DNA of 46,456 nt from a virus. Lineage: Duplodnaviria; Heunggongvirae; Uroviricota; Caudoviricetes. Location of the stretch: the IMG/VR virus record IMGVR_UViG_2563366990_000004. One strand, given 5' to 3'. A program made the translations under genes and the position numbers. Numbering within the stretch: the stretch's first letter is position 1; each line of letters opens with the position of its first letter. This document shows positions 1 to 8,895 of this stretch, in pieces. The notes under the pieces were generated by a model. The model was given only the letters and a program-made list of their open reading frames with translations, searched no databases and was not told the DNA's origin.

Positions 1-79
1 AAATACTGTCACGGAAAGTGCAGGCCTGGATGTGATGGAAATCATGTTTCCGGCGCATCCTGTTGATATGGATAATTTT

Positions 80-409
80 TCAGATTTCCGGAAGTCCGTA
101 TTTTGCCCGTGCGCGGTTACATGCTTCATTCGCGATGCCATTTTCGCCGGACATTGCGAATTCCCGGCATGTGGACGGACGGTTCTTGTAAACAGAGCAA
201 TATGCGTTTTTACCCGGAGTTCCCGCCAGAGCGACACATCGGGGATTTTTCTGACTGGTGCCGCGCATACAGCGATGAAAGGGGGATATTTGCTCAGTGA
301 GACTGACCGGAACCTTTCCGCCAGCATCGTCAGCTTCTGCCCAGTAAAAAGAGACGCGGAAAAATGCACAACAGGCACCACACGTCATGCATGGATTGGG
401 GTTATTCAT
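80..409 (-). CDS. YkgJ-family cysteine-cluster protein (UPF0153-like); probable host gene flanking the prophage
   Basis: 109-aa ORF with N-terminal [16 protein letters not shown] cysteine cluster and further conserved Cys/His as in YkgJ-type proteins; lies on the opposite side of the tRNA-fragment att core from the integrase. The overlapping + strand ORF 32..424 is treated as its shadow. Confidence 0.5.
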   Translation of the reverse strand: MNNPNPCMTCGACCAFFRVSFYWAEADDAGGKVPVSLTEQISPFHRCMRGTSQKNPRCVALAGTPGKNAYCSVYKNRPSTCREFAMSGENGIANEACNRARAKYGLPEI

Positions 410-548
410 AATTCATCGGTATAGCGATAAATCGTAAAGAGAACAATGTACCTAGTGTGTATTGAGCTAAATATACCAATTAGTATACCAAGTGTATACT
501 AAGAGCAAAAAAAGAAAGGGGCTACCATTTGGTAACCCCTTGATTGTT

Positions 549-608
549 TGGCGGAAGCGCAGAGATTCGAACTCTGGAACCCTTTCGGGTCGCCGGTTTT
601 CAAGACCG
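549..608 (-). tRNA. 3'-terminal fragment (~60 nt) of a tRNA-Ser(UGA)-like gene; prophage attachment-site core at the integrase-proximal junction
   Basis: Reverse complement reads CGGTCTTGAAAACCGGCGACCCGAAAGGGTTCCAGAGTTCGAATCTCTGCGCTTCCGCCA: anticodon stem-loop (anticodon TGA), long variable arm, T-arm (GTTCGAATC), acceptor 3' strand plus CCA. No matching D-arm or 5' acceptor strand follows; phage DNA starts at 609. Confidence 0.55.
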
Positions 609-749
609 AAGAAAAACAAATAAAAATCAGTGTAATACGTGAAGCTGCTGAAAATTTAATCAAATTTAACACCAAGAAAAATCAAGGTGTTAGGAAGTTG
701 CTCATAGCTAGTATACCAAGTATTTTTGCCAGAAAATTTTCTGTATTGC

Positions 750-1769
750 CTACTTGCTAACCACGAGCGGCAGATCCAGTGTTGGTGTGATTTTTGTTTT
801 ACGATCGTAAATCAACACCTGATTTTCTGTTTTATGCCCGCTGAAAATTTGTTTGTCGCGACTGCTGCCTTCGTAATCAGAGATCCCCTTGGCTTTTATA
901 TCGTGAAAATTGCACCCGAACGGAACGCCAACTTTTTGCTCGGCTGAGCGTTTAGCCTGATTCCACCAGTTGTTCAGCGTTTTAGCTATGACTTTCCCGC
1001 CTTTGGTTGTATTGATCACATATTCGCATGTACAGGAAGATACATTTCGGGCTAACTGGATCGCTGTACGTAATCGCGGTGACCATTCCTTGATTTGTTT
1101 GGTGCCGGTTTTGTTTTGCTCAATGTAGATCCCTTTATCCATAATATCCTGCCATTTCAACTCAAGCACATCACCGAGCCTTGCCGCACAGAGATAGGAA
1201 ATCTCCATTGCAATGCGTAACTGTGGAATTGCTTCCGCATATATCGCTGCATACTGTTCATCGGTGATGTAAACAGTGCGGGCTTTAAGAGAGAATTTTC
1301 TGACTCCTTTGCATGGGTTATTCTTCACGTATCCACGCTCATATCCCCACCCGTATACTCGACTCAGGCTTGCCAGTTCATGATTTGCCTGGGTCTTGCT
1401 CTCAAGCCCTCGTTTATCCATGAAAATTCTTACCTGCTCAGTTTTGACATTATCAGCAAGCACTTTTCCGAATACCATCAGCAACGCCTTCTGATGTTGT
1501 CGATAATCTTTTTGGGTTCGGGGGGCCAGTTCTGTAAATGCAGGGGAGTCCATAAACATGTGCCATAATTTAGCTACGGTCATTATGTTGTGGAGTTTTG
1601 CTTTTTCCAGTTCATAATTTTGCCAGACTTTAGCTACGCTGGTTTTCCGCACTCTTCCTAGCCCTATAGTTCTTGTACTTCCTTCTGGTTTCCACACGTA
1701 ACTGTAACCATTCGATCTAACCCGCGGTGGCAGTACATTATCTTTTTTATTTTTTCTTGGTCTTCCCAT
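750..1769 (-). CDS. int: Phage integrase, tyrosine recombinase (lambda-Int family)
   Basis: 339-aa ORF next to the att core; N-terminal arm-binding-like region and C-terminal catalytic-type region (…HDIKAKGISDYEGS…HKTENQVLIYDRK) ending in a conserved Tyr context; preceded by an overlapping excisionase gene. Confidence 0.88.
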   Translation of the reverse strand: MGRPRKNKKDNVLPPRVRSNGYSYVWKPEGSTRTIGLGRVRKTSVAKVWQNYELEKAKLHNIMTVAKLWHMFMDSPAFTELAPRTQKDYRQHQKALLMVFGKVLADNVKTEQVRIFMDKRGLESKTQANHELASLSRVYGWGYERGYVKNNPCKGVRKFSLKARTVYITDEQYAAIYAEAIPQLRIAMEISYLCAARLGDVLELKWQDIMDKGIYIEQNKTGTKQIKEWSPRLRTAIQLARNVSSCTCEYVINTTKGGKVIAKTLNNWWNQAKRSAEQKVGVPFGCNFHDIKAKGISDYEGSSRDKQIFSGHKTENQVLIYDRKTKITPTLDLPLVVSK

Positions 1770-1989
1770 TGTTCAGCGCCTCAAAATCGGGTTCAGCAGA
1801 AACCAGTTCAGATGTTTTTGGCATCGTTGTCAGTCCGTGTGGAATATCCCTGCGTAGAACTATTGGTTCGTTTTTAGGACCGATTACAAATGGGATGCCG
1901 TGCAGTCTTAACTGGTGTTGCTGTTTTGTGTATCGCTCGTATTTCGTGATCTCTTTAATCTCTGCTGGAGATAGAGTTAATTCGTACAT
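1747..1989 (-). CDS. xis: Excisionase-like protein (Xis)
   Basis: 80-aa basic ORF immediately upstream of and overlapping int by 23 nt on the same strand, the classic xis-int arrangement. Confidence 0.6.
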   Translation of the reverse strand: MYELTLSPAEIKEITKYERYTKQQHQLRLHGIPFVIGPKNEPIVLRRDIPHGLTTMPKTSELVSAEPDFEALNNGKTKKK

Positions 1990-2056
1990 GTGGTCACGTG
2001 CCTTTACAGCATGACCGCCGCCACTATAGCTGGTGGGCGGCGATATGGGTTGAACA

Positions 2057-4495
2057 TTAAAAATCAGCCTGACTCGGGATCAGTTTTTGCCAGATAGCTG
2101 AAACGTATTTTGCCTGATAACGGGCGTCATCAAGTGCATTATGGCGCTCACCTTCGAATGGAATAGCCGTTCTGGCATCGAAGTCTATGGCTTTCCCCAG
2201 CTCAACGATTGTGCGTACATCGCGATCGTTGTAGTAACGCCACGGGCAGGGGATCCCCTGCCGTTCGTATGAACGGCGCAAAATCGTGTTGTCGAAGTTG
2301 GCTCCATTTCCCCAGACCTGAACAAAAAATTCACCGGAGTTTTCGTCGATAAATTCCCGCAGTTGTAACAGTGCATCATCTAACGGGATTTCATCGGTCA
2401 TAATGGCAGATTGCGCTTCGCGTGATTGCTTAAGCCACCATTTAATGGTGTCCCGATCAATGACTCCGCCAGCAGTTTCCAGATCGATAGTCTTACTAAA
2501 TTCCGGTCCCATATCTCCGGTTTGCGGATCGAAAAATATTGCACCTATTGAGATGATCGGGGCATTAGGATTTTTTCCCATGGTTTCAAGGTCGATCATT
2601 AGATGGTCACACGTCCTGCTGGTGGATGTGATTTCGTGATGACCGTTCACCGCAATTAAGGGATCTGCCGCTTCGCCAGTTTCACTATCGCTGGTGTGAT
2701 GCTGATCGTTACCAGCATTCTCATTGTTCGGATGTTCAGCGCCTTCTATTTCCTCCGGATCATCTTCCTGAACTTCAGCCTGATTTTTTTCATCGAATGT
2801 TTCCTGGTATGTTGCGTCGCCCATCACCGCGCCACAGTCAGGACAGTTGCCGCCACCGCTCTGACCGCAGGCGGTGCAGACTTTTTCCTCTTCCTGTTGC
2901 GCTACTGGTTCGGATTGTTTCGTTTCTGGCTCGTCTTGTAACGCATTTTGGCTGTTTTGTTCTGCTTTCTGGTCGTTCTGTTCCGTTTCTAGCTGGTTCT
3001 GGTTCACAGAATCGCAGGTTTCAATCCCCTTAACCCATTTCGAATCATTCGGGTCGCTAATCCCTTCAACAAACTCACCACGAGAAGCGGCAAGCAATTT
3101 GTCGGCATCTGGTCGACTGATGTCTGCTGCCTCCATAATTTTATTTACTTCTTCAGCGGTAACTTTTACCTGTGACTTGTCATCCAGCGGCTGCGGGTCC
3201 TGATGATGTTCAACTGTATCCGCTGCCATTGTTTCAGCCGTTGCCTGTTCATCTGCCATTGCGCCAGATGGTTGCGGGTTTTCTTCATCATTTTTTTCTT
3301 CTTCTGTTTTGCACTCAGCAGCCAGTCCGTCGTTAATTTCTTCCAGGATATCTTTTTCCGGTGTATGCCGGGCAGCCATGAGCGTTTCAGCTGTGGGATT
3401 CTCGTGATCAGTTTCTGTCAGGTTGGCATTGATATACCCCTGAAGGCGTCCCGGGTAGTGATAAAACTCAGGGTGGGCGCTCCGGATAAGTGCAAAAATA
3501 GCTGCGCGGGAATAGTCCAGGATACCAGGGGTTGCGCGAAGTGCTGCGGACCATTCCCTGAACGGACTTTCTTTTTTCAGGACGATTTCTTTTGCGCGAC
3601 GATAAACGCTCACGGGTATTTCATAAATATTAAAATCCATCGGAAGCGTGGCTGCTGCAGCCTCCACATCCAGAGTATCGAGGGTGTGTACTAAGTCAGG
3701 ATTACGATCGGTTTTATTTCCGCCACCGGCATTTGCACCGGAAGCCGTGCGGGTGATGCGAGAAACACGATTTCCTTTCATCCACTCTTTTGTCAGCAGA
3801 CCTCGATCGGTATAGTCAGCGTCCAGGTATGCTTCGAAAAAAGCAGTCATTAACCCCAGACTGGAATTAACGGGATTAGGGAAAACTTTGTCTGTGTCGC
3901 GTACCAGTTTATGAAGGTCGCGAATCTCCAGCGGGTCGAGCAGCTTTGTGTTGTGGGAAATAGCCAGGGCAGTAACAGCCGGCAGTTCTTCAGCTCGTGC
4001 GATATGTAATGCCTGAAGTTCTTCCCGTGAAACGTGCGTTACCGGTTTTTCGCTGCCATGTTGCGCAAGCCAGCGAATGGGTAGTTCCTGACCGGAAATT
4101 GGCAGGAGCATATTATCCTCAATCTCAGCCATGTCTTCGCCATTGACGTTGGTATTGTCAGTGCTGGCTGGTTTTTCCTGAACTGAGGGGGAAGGCGCTA
4201 TAAATATCATTGTGATGCCATCTTCCCCGCCTTTTTCATAGCGGTTGCAGAATTCAGTATCAAACACGCCTTCCGGTGGAAGGTCATTCACAACGGGGAA
4301 ATGGACGCGGACGGGTTTTTTGAAATCATCAGCGTCGTAGCCTGCCTCGTCCATTGCAACAACGCACCGCGAGATTGCTACAGATAATTTCTTTTCTGTA
4401 CTCCAGTAAAAACCCCCTTTAATCCCAAAGCGTTTTCTGACCTTGTCATTTTTTGCTTCGCAATATAGCGCAAATTCTTCTTTATCAGTGCTCAT
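2057..4495 (-). CDS. Large early-region exonuclease with C-terminal DnaQ-like (DEDDh) 3'-5' exonuclease domain; central acidic low-complexity linker and CxxC…CxxC zinc ribbon
   Basis: 812-aa ORF. C-terminal 180 aa contain IDLETMG … NGANFD … HNALDDA motifs typical of DnaQ/RNase T-like exonucleases. Sits where Rac carries recE; no RecT/Bet-like annealase gene is visible nearby. Confidence 0.7.
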   Translation of the reverse strand: MSTDKEEFALYCEAKNDKVRKRFGIKGGFYWSTEKKLSVAISRCVVAMDEAGYDADDFKKPVRVHFPVVNDLPPEGVFDTEFCNRYEKGGEDGITMIFIAPSPSVQEKPASTDNTNVNGEDMAEIEDNMLLPISGQELPIRWLAQHGSEKPVTHVSREELQALHIARAEELPAVTALAISHNTKLLDPLEIRDLHKLVRDTDKVFPNPVNSSLGLMTAFFEAYLDADYTDRGLLTKEWMKGNRVSRITRTASGANAGGGNKTDRNPDLVHTLDTLDVEAAAATLPMDFNIYEIPVSVYRRAKEIVLKKESPFREWSAALRATPGILDYSRAAIFALIRSAHPEFYHYPGRLQGYINANLTETDHENPTAETLMAARHTPEKDILEEINDGLAAECKTEEEKNDEENPQPSGAMADEQATAETMAADTVEHHQDPQPLDDKSQVKVTAEEVNKIMEAADISRPDADKLLAASRGEFVEGISDPNDSKWVKGIETCDSVNQNQLETEQNDQKAEQNSQNALQDEPETKQSEPVAQQEEEKVCTACGQSGGGNCPDCGAVMGDATYQETFDEKNQAEVQEDDPEEIEGAEHPNNENAGNDQHHTSDSETGEAADPLIAVNGHHEITSTSRTCDHLMIDLETMGKNPNAPIISIGAIFFDPQTGDMGPEFSKTIDLETAGGVIDRDTIKWWLKQSREAQSAIMTDEIPLDDALLQLREFIDENSGEFFVQVWGNGANFDNTILRRSYERQGIPCPWRYYNDRDVRTIVELGKAIDFDARTAIPFEGERHNALDDARYQAKYVSAIWQKLIPSQADF

Positions 4496-4587
4496 TGATA
4501 AACCTCATAACTATTTTAAGGTTGTACGAACCCCTGCCATTGCTGGCATGCTTAATCAACGGGTATGGCGTTAATATGGCTGGTGGA

Positions 4588-4776
4588 TTATCCAGCCGGT
4601 ATTTCGTTATTCAGGTACAGCGATACTTTTTTTAACGGGAGGCATTCGCCAGAAATTTTTTGCTCGTCTCTTGCCCGGAGGCATGATTCTTTACTGGCAT
4701 AAATTCCGGTAATCACATTCTGTGGCTCACCCGTTATAAGAAAAACAGTCATTACCAGTGCAAATGCAGAAGTCAC
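4588..4776 (-). CDS. Hypothetical small early protein with hydrophobic N-terminus
   Basis: 62-aa ORF in the early-left operon, translationally coupled to the upstream ORF (4-nt overlap 4773-4776). Confidence 0.35.
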   Translation of the reverse strand: MTSAFALVMTVFLITGEPQNVITGIYASKESCLRARDEQKISGECLPLKKVSLYLNNEIPAG

Positions 4777-4961
4777 TGCTGCCCCCCGAAAATACCAAGT
4801 TTAAGAAGGGCAATTCTGGAGAGTATGGAATTATCATTGAGAAGATAAGGCTCATATTTTCTCATCTTAATGGCATCTTCAGTAAACTCCCGGTTACTGA
4901 GCAGAACACCAATATCAAAACACCCTTCAGACGTATTAACGTTTGGTAATAACGTTTCCAT
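4773..4961 (-). CDS. Hypothetical small early protein
   Basis: 62-aa ORF, same strand and operon context as the exonuclease; overlapping stop/start with the next ORF. Confidence 0.35.
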   Translation of the reverse strand: METLLPNVNTSEGCFDIGVLLSNREFTEDAIKMRKYEPYLLNDNSILSRIALLKLGIFGGQQ

Positions 4962-5446
4962 TATCGTGTCCTCAACAATGAATTTTGTGATGTGGTGCCT
5001 GGTGCCTCCAGGTGACGTTAACCAGTTAACAATTAACGCCGGAATACAGAAGGATGCCCGTTACGCCCCGTAAAAGACCACTTTACGGATTTAACTGTTC
5101 CGCGTGCGCATAGCCGCATTCACCGCATCACAAAATTCACTTTAAAAAGGATGGCAGAGCAGTCATGGAGTCGAACTGATGCCACCAAAGACTACACATG
5201 GATATTGTGGCGGGGCTGTCACTTAAGCGTATGGTCAGCCTGACAACCCGGTGTCCTCAAGGGGAAGGAATAACCCCGCCATACTTACCGCCGCGCCATT
5301 TCGCGGATTGCCACAACCGGAAGCGCACGGTCGAATTAAATTTAACGACAAAGTACAGAGAGACGAGCTTCTCCGTGCGCTTTCGTGTTATGCCCTGACT
5401 TTTCAGGGTAAATTAACCAGTGGCAACCTGTTTTTACTGGTGCTAA

Positions 5447-5653
5447 TCAGTTAGTGTTTCTGGCTAACCAGCGACGCGCGCCAGCTTCGGTTTTAAACTT
5501 TTTACTTTTGGTATACGTCATCGCGGTAAACGTGCCGTCCTGGTTAGGGAACACACCGCATACCAGAGATTCGTTGTTGCCAAGATTGAGCGTATCCATG
5601 TTGACCTCATTTCCCCTTAACGCCGGGGTAGCGGAACAAAAAACCTGCTGCAT
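5447..5653 (-). CDS. Hypothetical small early-left protein (first leftward gene after the OL-like operator; possible shorter product from internal Met at 5599)
   Basis: 68-aa ORF; position equivalent to the first pL-transcribed gene of lambdoid phages but not Arg-rich N-like. Confidence 0.35.
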   Translation of the reverse strand: MQQVFCSATPALRGNEVNMDTLNLGNNESLVCGVFPNQDGTFTAMTYTKSKKFKTEAGARRWLARNTN

Positions 5654-5764
5654 AGTTAAACGTAATCCCCGCCGTCATGTTCATACGCCTCAGGCTGGCT
5701 ACTTAACCCCTGACCACTGCCGGGTAACTCGAAGTATTGCCCTGCGTTCTGTGGGTCGGGGTGG

Positions 5765-5830
5765 GTGTATGGATACAATTTACAAATTAAAATTTAACTG
5801 GTCAACATGTTTATTATTAAATTTGTAATT
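5765..5830. promoter_or_regulatory. OL-like operator/promoter region with inverted repeat TTACAAAT … ATTTGTAA
   Basis: TTACAAAT at 5780-5787 and ATTTGTAA at 5821-5828 in an AT-rich spacer; the same half-sites recur between the repressor and cro-like genes (7033-7070). Confidence 0.4.
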
Positions 5831-5873
5831 GCGAGCTGTTGCATTAGTCCCAAAATGGGACTACTATACAGTT

Positions 5874-6176
5874 ATGAAGATTATCTCAGTTAAAACACTC
5901 AGGGATTTTTGGGCGGAGAATCCTGATGCAGAACAACCGCTAAGGGCATGGGTGGATGAGGCGGCAAAAGCTGACTGGAAAAGCCCAGCAGACATTAAGG
6001 CACAATACCGAACGGCCAGTATATTGAAAAACCGGCGCGTGGTATTCAACGTAAAAGGTAATCATTACCGTTTAATTGTTGCAATTGCGTATCAGCGAGG
6101 ATGGGTATTTGTTAAATTCATCGGAAACCACAAGGAATACGATGCTATTGATGCTGATACCATCGAACTGGAGTAA
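5874..6176 (+). CDS. higB: HigB-family type II toxin (mRNA interferase)
   Basis: Product MKIISVKTLRDFW…VFNVKGNHYRLIVAIAYQRGWVFVKFIGNHKEYD matches the HigB signature (compare E. coli HigB …VFNVGGNELRVVAMV…HKEYD). Toxin-first order, stop 2 nt before the antitoxin start. The track ORF begins at a TTG (5829); ATG 5874 preferred. Confidence 0.8.
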   Translation: MKIISVKTLRDFWAENPDAEQPLRAWVDEAAKADWKSPADIKAQYRTASILKNRRVVFNVKGNHYRLIVAIAYQRGWVFVKFIGNHKEYDAIDADTIELE

Positions 6177-6178
6177 GC

Positions 6179-6538
6179 ATGAACATCAAACCTATTCGTA
6201 CAGAGCAAGATTATGAAGCCGCGTTGCGTGCTGTTGAACCCATGTTCGACAATGAGCCCGAAATTGACACGCCTGAGGGGGATTTTTTTGAGGTGATGTG
6301 TTTGCTAATAGAGGAATATGAAAAAAAACATTATCCCATTGAGCCACCATCCCCAATTGAAGCTATAAGATTTCGCATGGAACAGCAGGGGCTGACTGTG
6401 AAAGATTTGGAACCCGCAATTGGGAAAAAAAATCGGGTTTATGAGGTGTTGAATGGTACCAGAAGCCTTACGTTACCAATGATTCGCCGTCTTCATAATC
6501 AATTTGGTATCCCCCTGGAAAGCCTGGTTGGATTATAA
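6179..6538 (+). CDS. higA: HigA-family antitoxin (XRE-type HTH)
   Basis: 119 aa; C-terminal HTH LTVKDLEPAIGKKNRVYEVLNGTRSLTLPMIRRLHNQFGIP resembles E. coli HigA (LTLSDLPEIGSKSMVSRVLSGKRKLTLEHAKKLATRFGIS); tightly coupled to higB. Confidence 0.8.
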   Translation: MNIKPIRTEQDYEAALRAVEPMFDNEPEIDTPEGDFFEVMCLLIEEYEKKHYPIEPPSPIEAIRFRMEQQGLTVKDLEPAIGKKNRVYEVLNGTRSLTLPMIRRLHNQFGIPLESLVGL

Positions 6539-6584
6539 AATCTGCTAGTCATTTGCCTGATGCTCGTTCCAGAAAAGGAATGCA

Positions 6585-6983
6585 TCAGGCAGTTTTGTTT
6601 TTCTGCCGCAGTAACTCTTCAAGTTTCCGTTTATAGAAATCGCGTTTTTGCTCCATATCACGAATGATCTGCTCTGCGTCGCTTTGAGGTAACTCATCTA
6701 AAAGCGATATGATTTTTCGTTGTTGTTCTGTAAGTTGCGGTTGGTTGTCATTACTGGATACAGCCATTTTATCGCCGAGAGTTTCTTCTTCCATAAAGAA
6801 CCAATGGACGGGATGTTGTGAGAGCTCTGCTAATTTTTCCAGTTTATCCATTCTTGGCATCACGCCTTTCAACCAACCTTGCACGGATTGGGGTTTTACA
6901 CCAAGACGTCTTCCCAGCTCTGACTGGTTTATATTCAATTCCTGCAACACCTGCTGAAGGCGTTTTACAAAGATCATCACCAC
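6585..6983 (-). CDS. Prophage repressor, XRE-family HTH without peptidase domain (RacR/DicA-like, CI functional analogue)
   Basis: 132 aa, N-terminal HTH (LNINQSELGRRLGVKPQSVQGWLKG); divergently transcribed from a Cro/YdaS-like gene across a 120-bp operator region. Confidence 0.75.
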   Translation of the reverse strand: MVMIFVKRLQQVLQELNINQSELGRRLGVKPQSVQGWLKGVMPRMDKLEKLAELSQHPVHWFFMEEETLGDKMAVSSNDNQPQLTEQQRKIISLLDELPQSDAEQIIRDMEQKRDFYKRKLEELLRQKNKTA

Positions 6984-7103
6984 CCCTCGTAAACTAGTTC
7001 CGCGATCCTACAGAAAAAATTGATAAGTGGCATTACAAATAGAAGTTGAAATTTAAATTTAAATTTGTAATCATCGGTGTCATCGTAAAGTTCGGAGGGA
7101 AAC
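6984..7103. promoter_or_regulatory. OR-like divergent promoter/operator region between repressor and cro-like gene
   Basis: Inverted repeat TTACAAAT (7033-7040) … ATTTGTAA (7063-7070) with AAATTTAAATTTAAATTT between; candidate rightward promoter TTGAAA (7046-7051) with AATCAT 17 nt downstream. Confidence 0.45.
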
Positions 7104-7364
7104 ATGCAAAAAAGTACTCAAGTGAAAATCCTGTCAATAATGAGCCAATCAGAATTAGGGCGTCGTCTTGGTAAAACACCGCAAACCATAAGTGGGTGGT
7201 TTAAAAAACGAGTGCCAGCGGAGGAGGTTATACCAGCATGTGAGGCGCTTGACTGGGGAGTAACTCCGCATGAATTGCGCCCTGATAAATACCCTAATCC
7301 AACCGATGGTTTACCTGTTGAGTATCAGGCTAACGCACAAGCAGCGGCGGGAGTTGATTCATGA
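7104..7364 (+). CDS. Cro-like DNA-binding protein (YdaS family)
   Basis: 86 aa; HTH SQSELGRRLGKTPQTISGWF and the YdaS-type motif WGVTPHELRPDKYP; first rightward gene after the operator. Confidence 0.7.
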   Translation: MQKSTQVKILSIMSQSELGRRLGKTPQTISGWFKKRVPAEEVIPACEALDWGVTPHELRPDKYPNPTDGLPVEYQANAQAAAGVDS

Positions 7365-7798
7365 AAATCAAGCATGAGCACATCCGCATGGCGATGAATG
7401 CGTGGCTGCTTTATCCGAGGGTAGGGCGCAAAAAAATCGCTGATGATATAGCGACAGCATATTTTGAGCTTGAAATGACTTATCCACCAATGCATGACAC
7501 CTCTACGACAGAGGGTATTGGATTGAATATACAAAATATTTTTCGCTGGCTTGAAAAGGATACGCCTGATGCTGTTGAAAAAATTCAGGCACTAATTCCG
7601 GCTATCCTGACTGTTCTTCCGCGTGAACTGCGTTATCACCTCAGTATTTTTGACACTGTTGAGCGCCGTGCATTACTGGCGGCGCAGGAAGCGTTGAGCA
7701 CGGCAATTGATGCACATGATGATGCTGTCCAGGCCGTTTACCGGAAAGCGTATTTCAGCGACGGCGGGTCATCCGGCGAGTCTGTTGTGGTGCATTGA
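7361..7798 (+). CDS. YdaT-family protein (CII-like regulator position)
   Basis: 145 aa, overlapping start/stop with the YdaS-like gene; same racR-ydaS-ydaT arrangement as the Rac prophage. Confidence 0.65.
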   Translation: MKIKHEHIRMAMNAWLLYPRVGRKKIADDIATAYFELEMTYPPMHDTSTTEGIGLNIQNIFRWLEKDTPDAVEKIQALIPAILTVLPRELRYHLSIFDTVERRALLAAQEALSTAIDAHDDAVQAVYRKAYFSDGGSSGESVVVH

Positions 7799-7884
7799 TA
7801 TTTATGCCAGCCCCCTGCTGATTCTGTTGATTGGGGAATCACAGAATATCACCAGAGGATGGTTCGTCACAAGATGAGGCAATT

Positions 7885-8895
7885 ATGGCCGCATTACCAT
7901 ACATGCAACTGTACATAGCTGATTACCTGGCTGACACCATGCATTTGTCCGCAGAGGAGCACGGTGCGTATTTGTTGCTGATGTTCAATTACTGGCAAAC
8001 AGGGAAACCAATACCTAAAAACAGGCTGGCAAAAATTTCCCGTCTGACTAACGAGCGATGGGCTGATGTGGAACCATCCTTGCGGGAGTTTTTTTGCGAT
8101 AACGGCGATGAATGGGTGCATCTTCGGATTGAGGAAGATCTGGCATCAGTCAGGGAAAAATTGACCAAAAAATCAGCCGCCGGAAAAGCATCTGTTCAGG
8201 CCAGAAGAAGCAGAAAGGAAGTATATGTTCAAACAAAACAAGAGAGAGATTTAACAGGTGTTCAAACAAATGTTGGTGTTGTGTTTGAACATGACGCAAA
8301 CACAAAAGCAACTAATAAAGATACAGATCTAAAAGAATTAAACCCCACACATAACGTGCGTGAACGCGAGAGTATTCCGACCAGTGAGTTGCATGGTGCG
8401 CCGTTGCAGACAGCCGAACCTGAATACCTGGACGGCCTGAGCGAACCGATCGGGAAATTTTCGATGACCACTGTCTGGCAGCCGTCGCCGGATTTTCGAC
8501 AACGGGCAGCAGTGTGGGGTATGGCTCTGCCTGAGCCGGAATTTACACCTGCTGAGCTTGCCGCATTCCGGGATTACTGGATGGCGGAGGGGAAGGTTTT
8601 CACACAGGTTCAGTGGGAGCAGAAATTTGCCCGCCACGTGCAGCACGTCAGGGCACAGGTAAAACCAGTCAGCAAGGGGGTAAGCCATGCAGCATCAGGT
8701 GGCACGGCATCACGGGCAATTCAGGAAATCCGGGCAGCACGCGAACAGTGGGAACGAGACAACGGATTTATCAGCAACGGAAACGGCCTGGAAGCTGTGG
8801 GAGCTTATGGGGGAGGTGTATTCGAACCGCTGGACTCAGAAGAACGGGGCCGCACCTTCGAAGCTCTGGATTGCCCAGATTGGCGCGATGACTGA
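7885..8895 (+). CDS. Replication initiation protein, DUF1376/YdaU-like (functional analogue of lambda O)
   Basis: N-terminal MAALPYMQLYIADYLADTMHLSAEEHGAYLLLMFNYWQTGKPIP is the YdaU/DUF1376 signature; ATG 7885 has a GAGG RBS (track ORF starts at TTG 7831). AT-rich iteron cluster lies inside the gene. Confidence 0.7.
   Translation: MAALPYMQLYIADYLADTMHLSAEEHGAYLLLMFNYWQTGKPIPKNRLAKISRLTNERWADVEPSLREFFCDNGDEWVHLRIEEDLASVREKLTKKSAAGKASVQARRSRKEVYVQTKQERDLTGVQTNVGVVFEHDANTKATNKDTDLKELNPTHNVRERESIPTSELHGAPLQTAEPEYLDGLSEPIGKFSMTTVWQPSPDFRQRAAVWGMALPEPEFTPAELAAFRDYWMAEGKVFTQVQWEQKFARHVQHVRAQVKPVSKGVSHAASGGTASRAIQEIRAAREQWERDNGFISNGNGLEAVGAYGGGVFEPLDSEERGRTFEALDCPDWRDD
8224..8340. repeat. Candidate origin of replication: iterons plus AT-rich stretch inside the initiator gene
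   Basis: GTTCAAACAAA twice in direct orientation and an inverted copy TGTTTGAACA, followed by AACTAATAAAGATACAGATCTAAAAGAATTAAAC; matches the lambda arrangement of ori iterons within O. Confidence 0.5.

Noticed and set aside
32-424. 130-aa + strand ORF at the left edge
   Set aside because: Fully overlaps the YkgJ-like minus-strand ORF, which has the recognisable cysteine-cluster motif; treated as a shadow frame.
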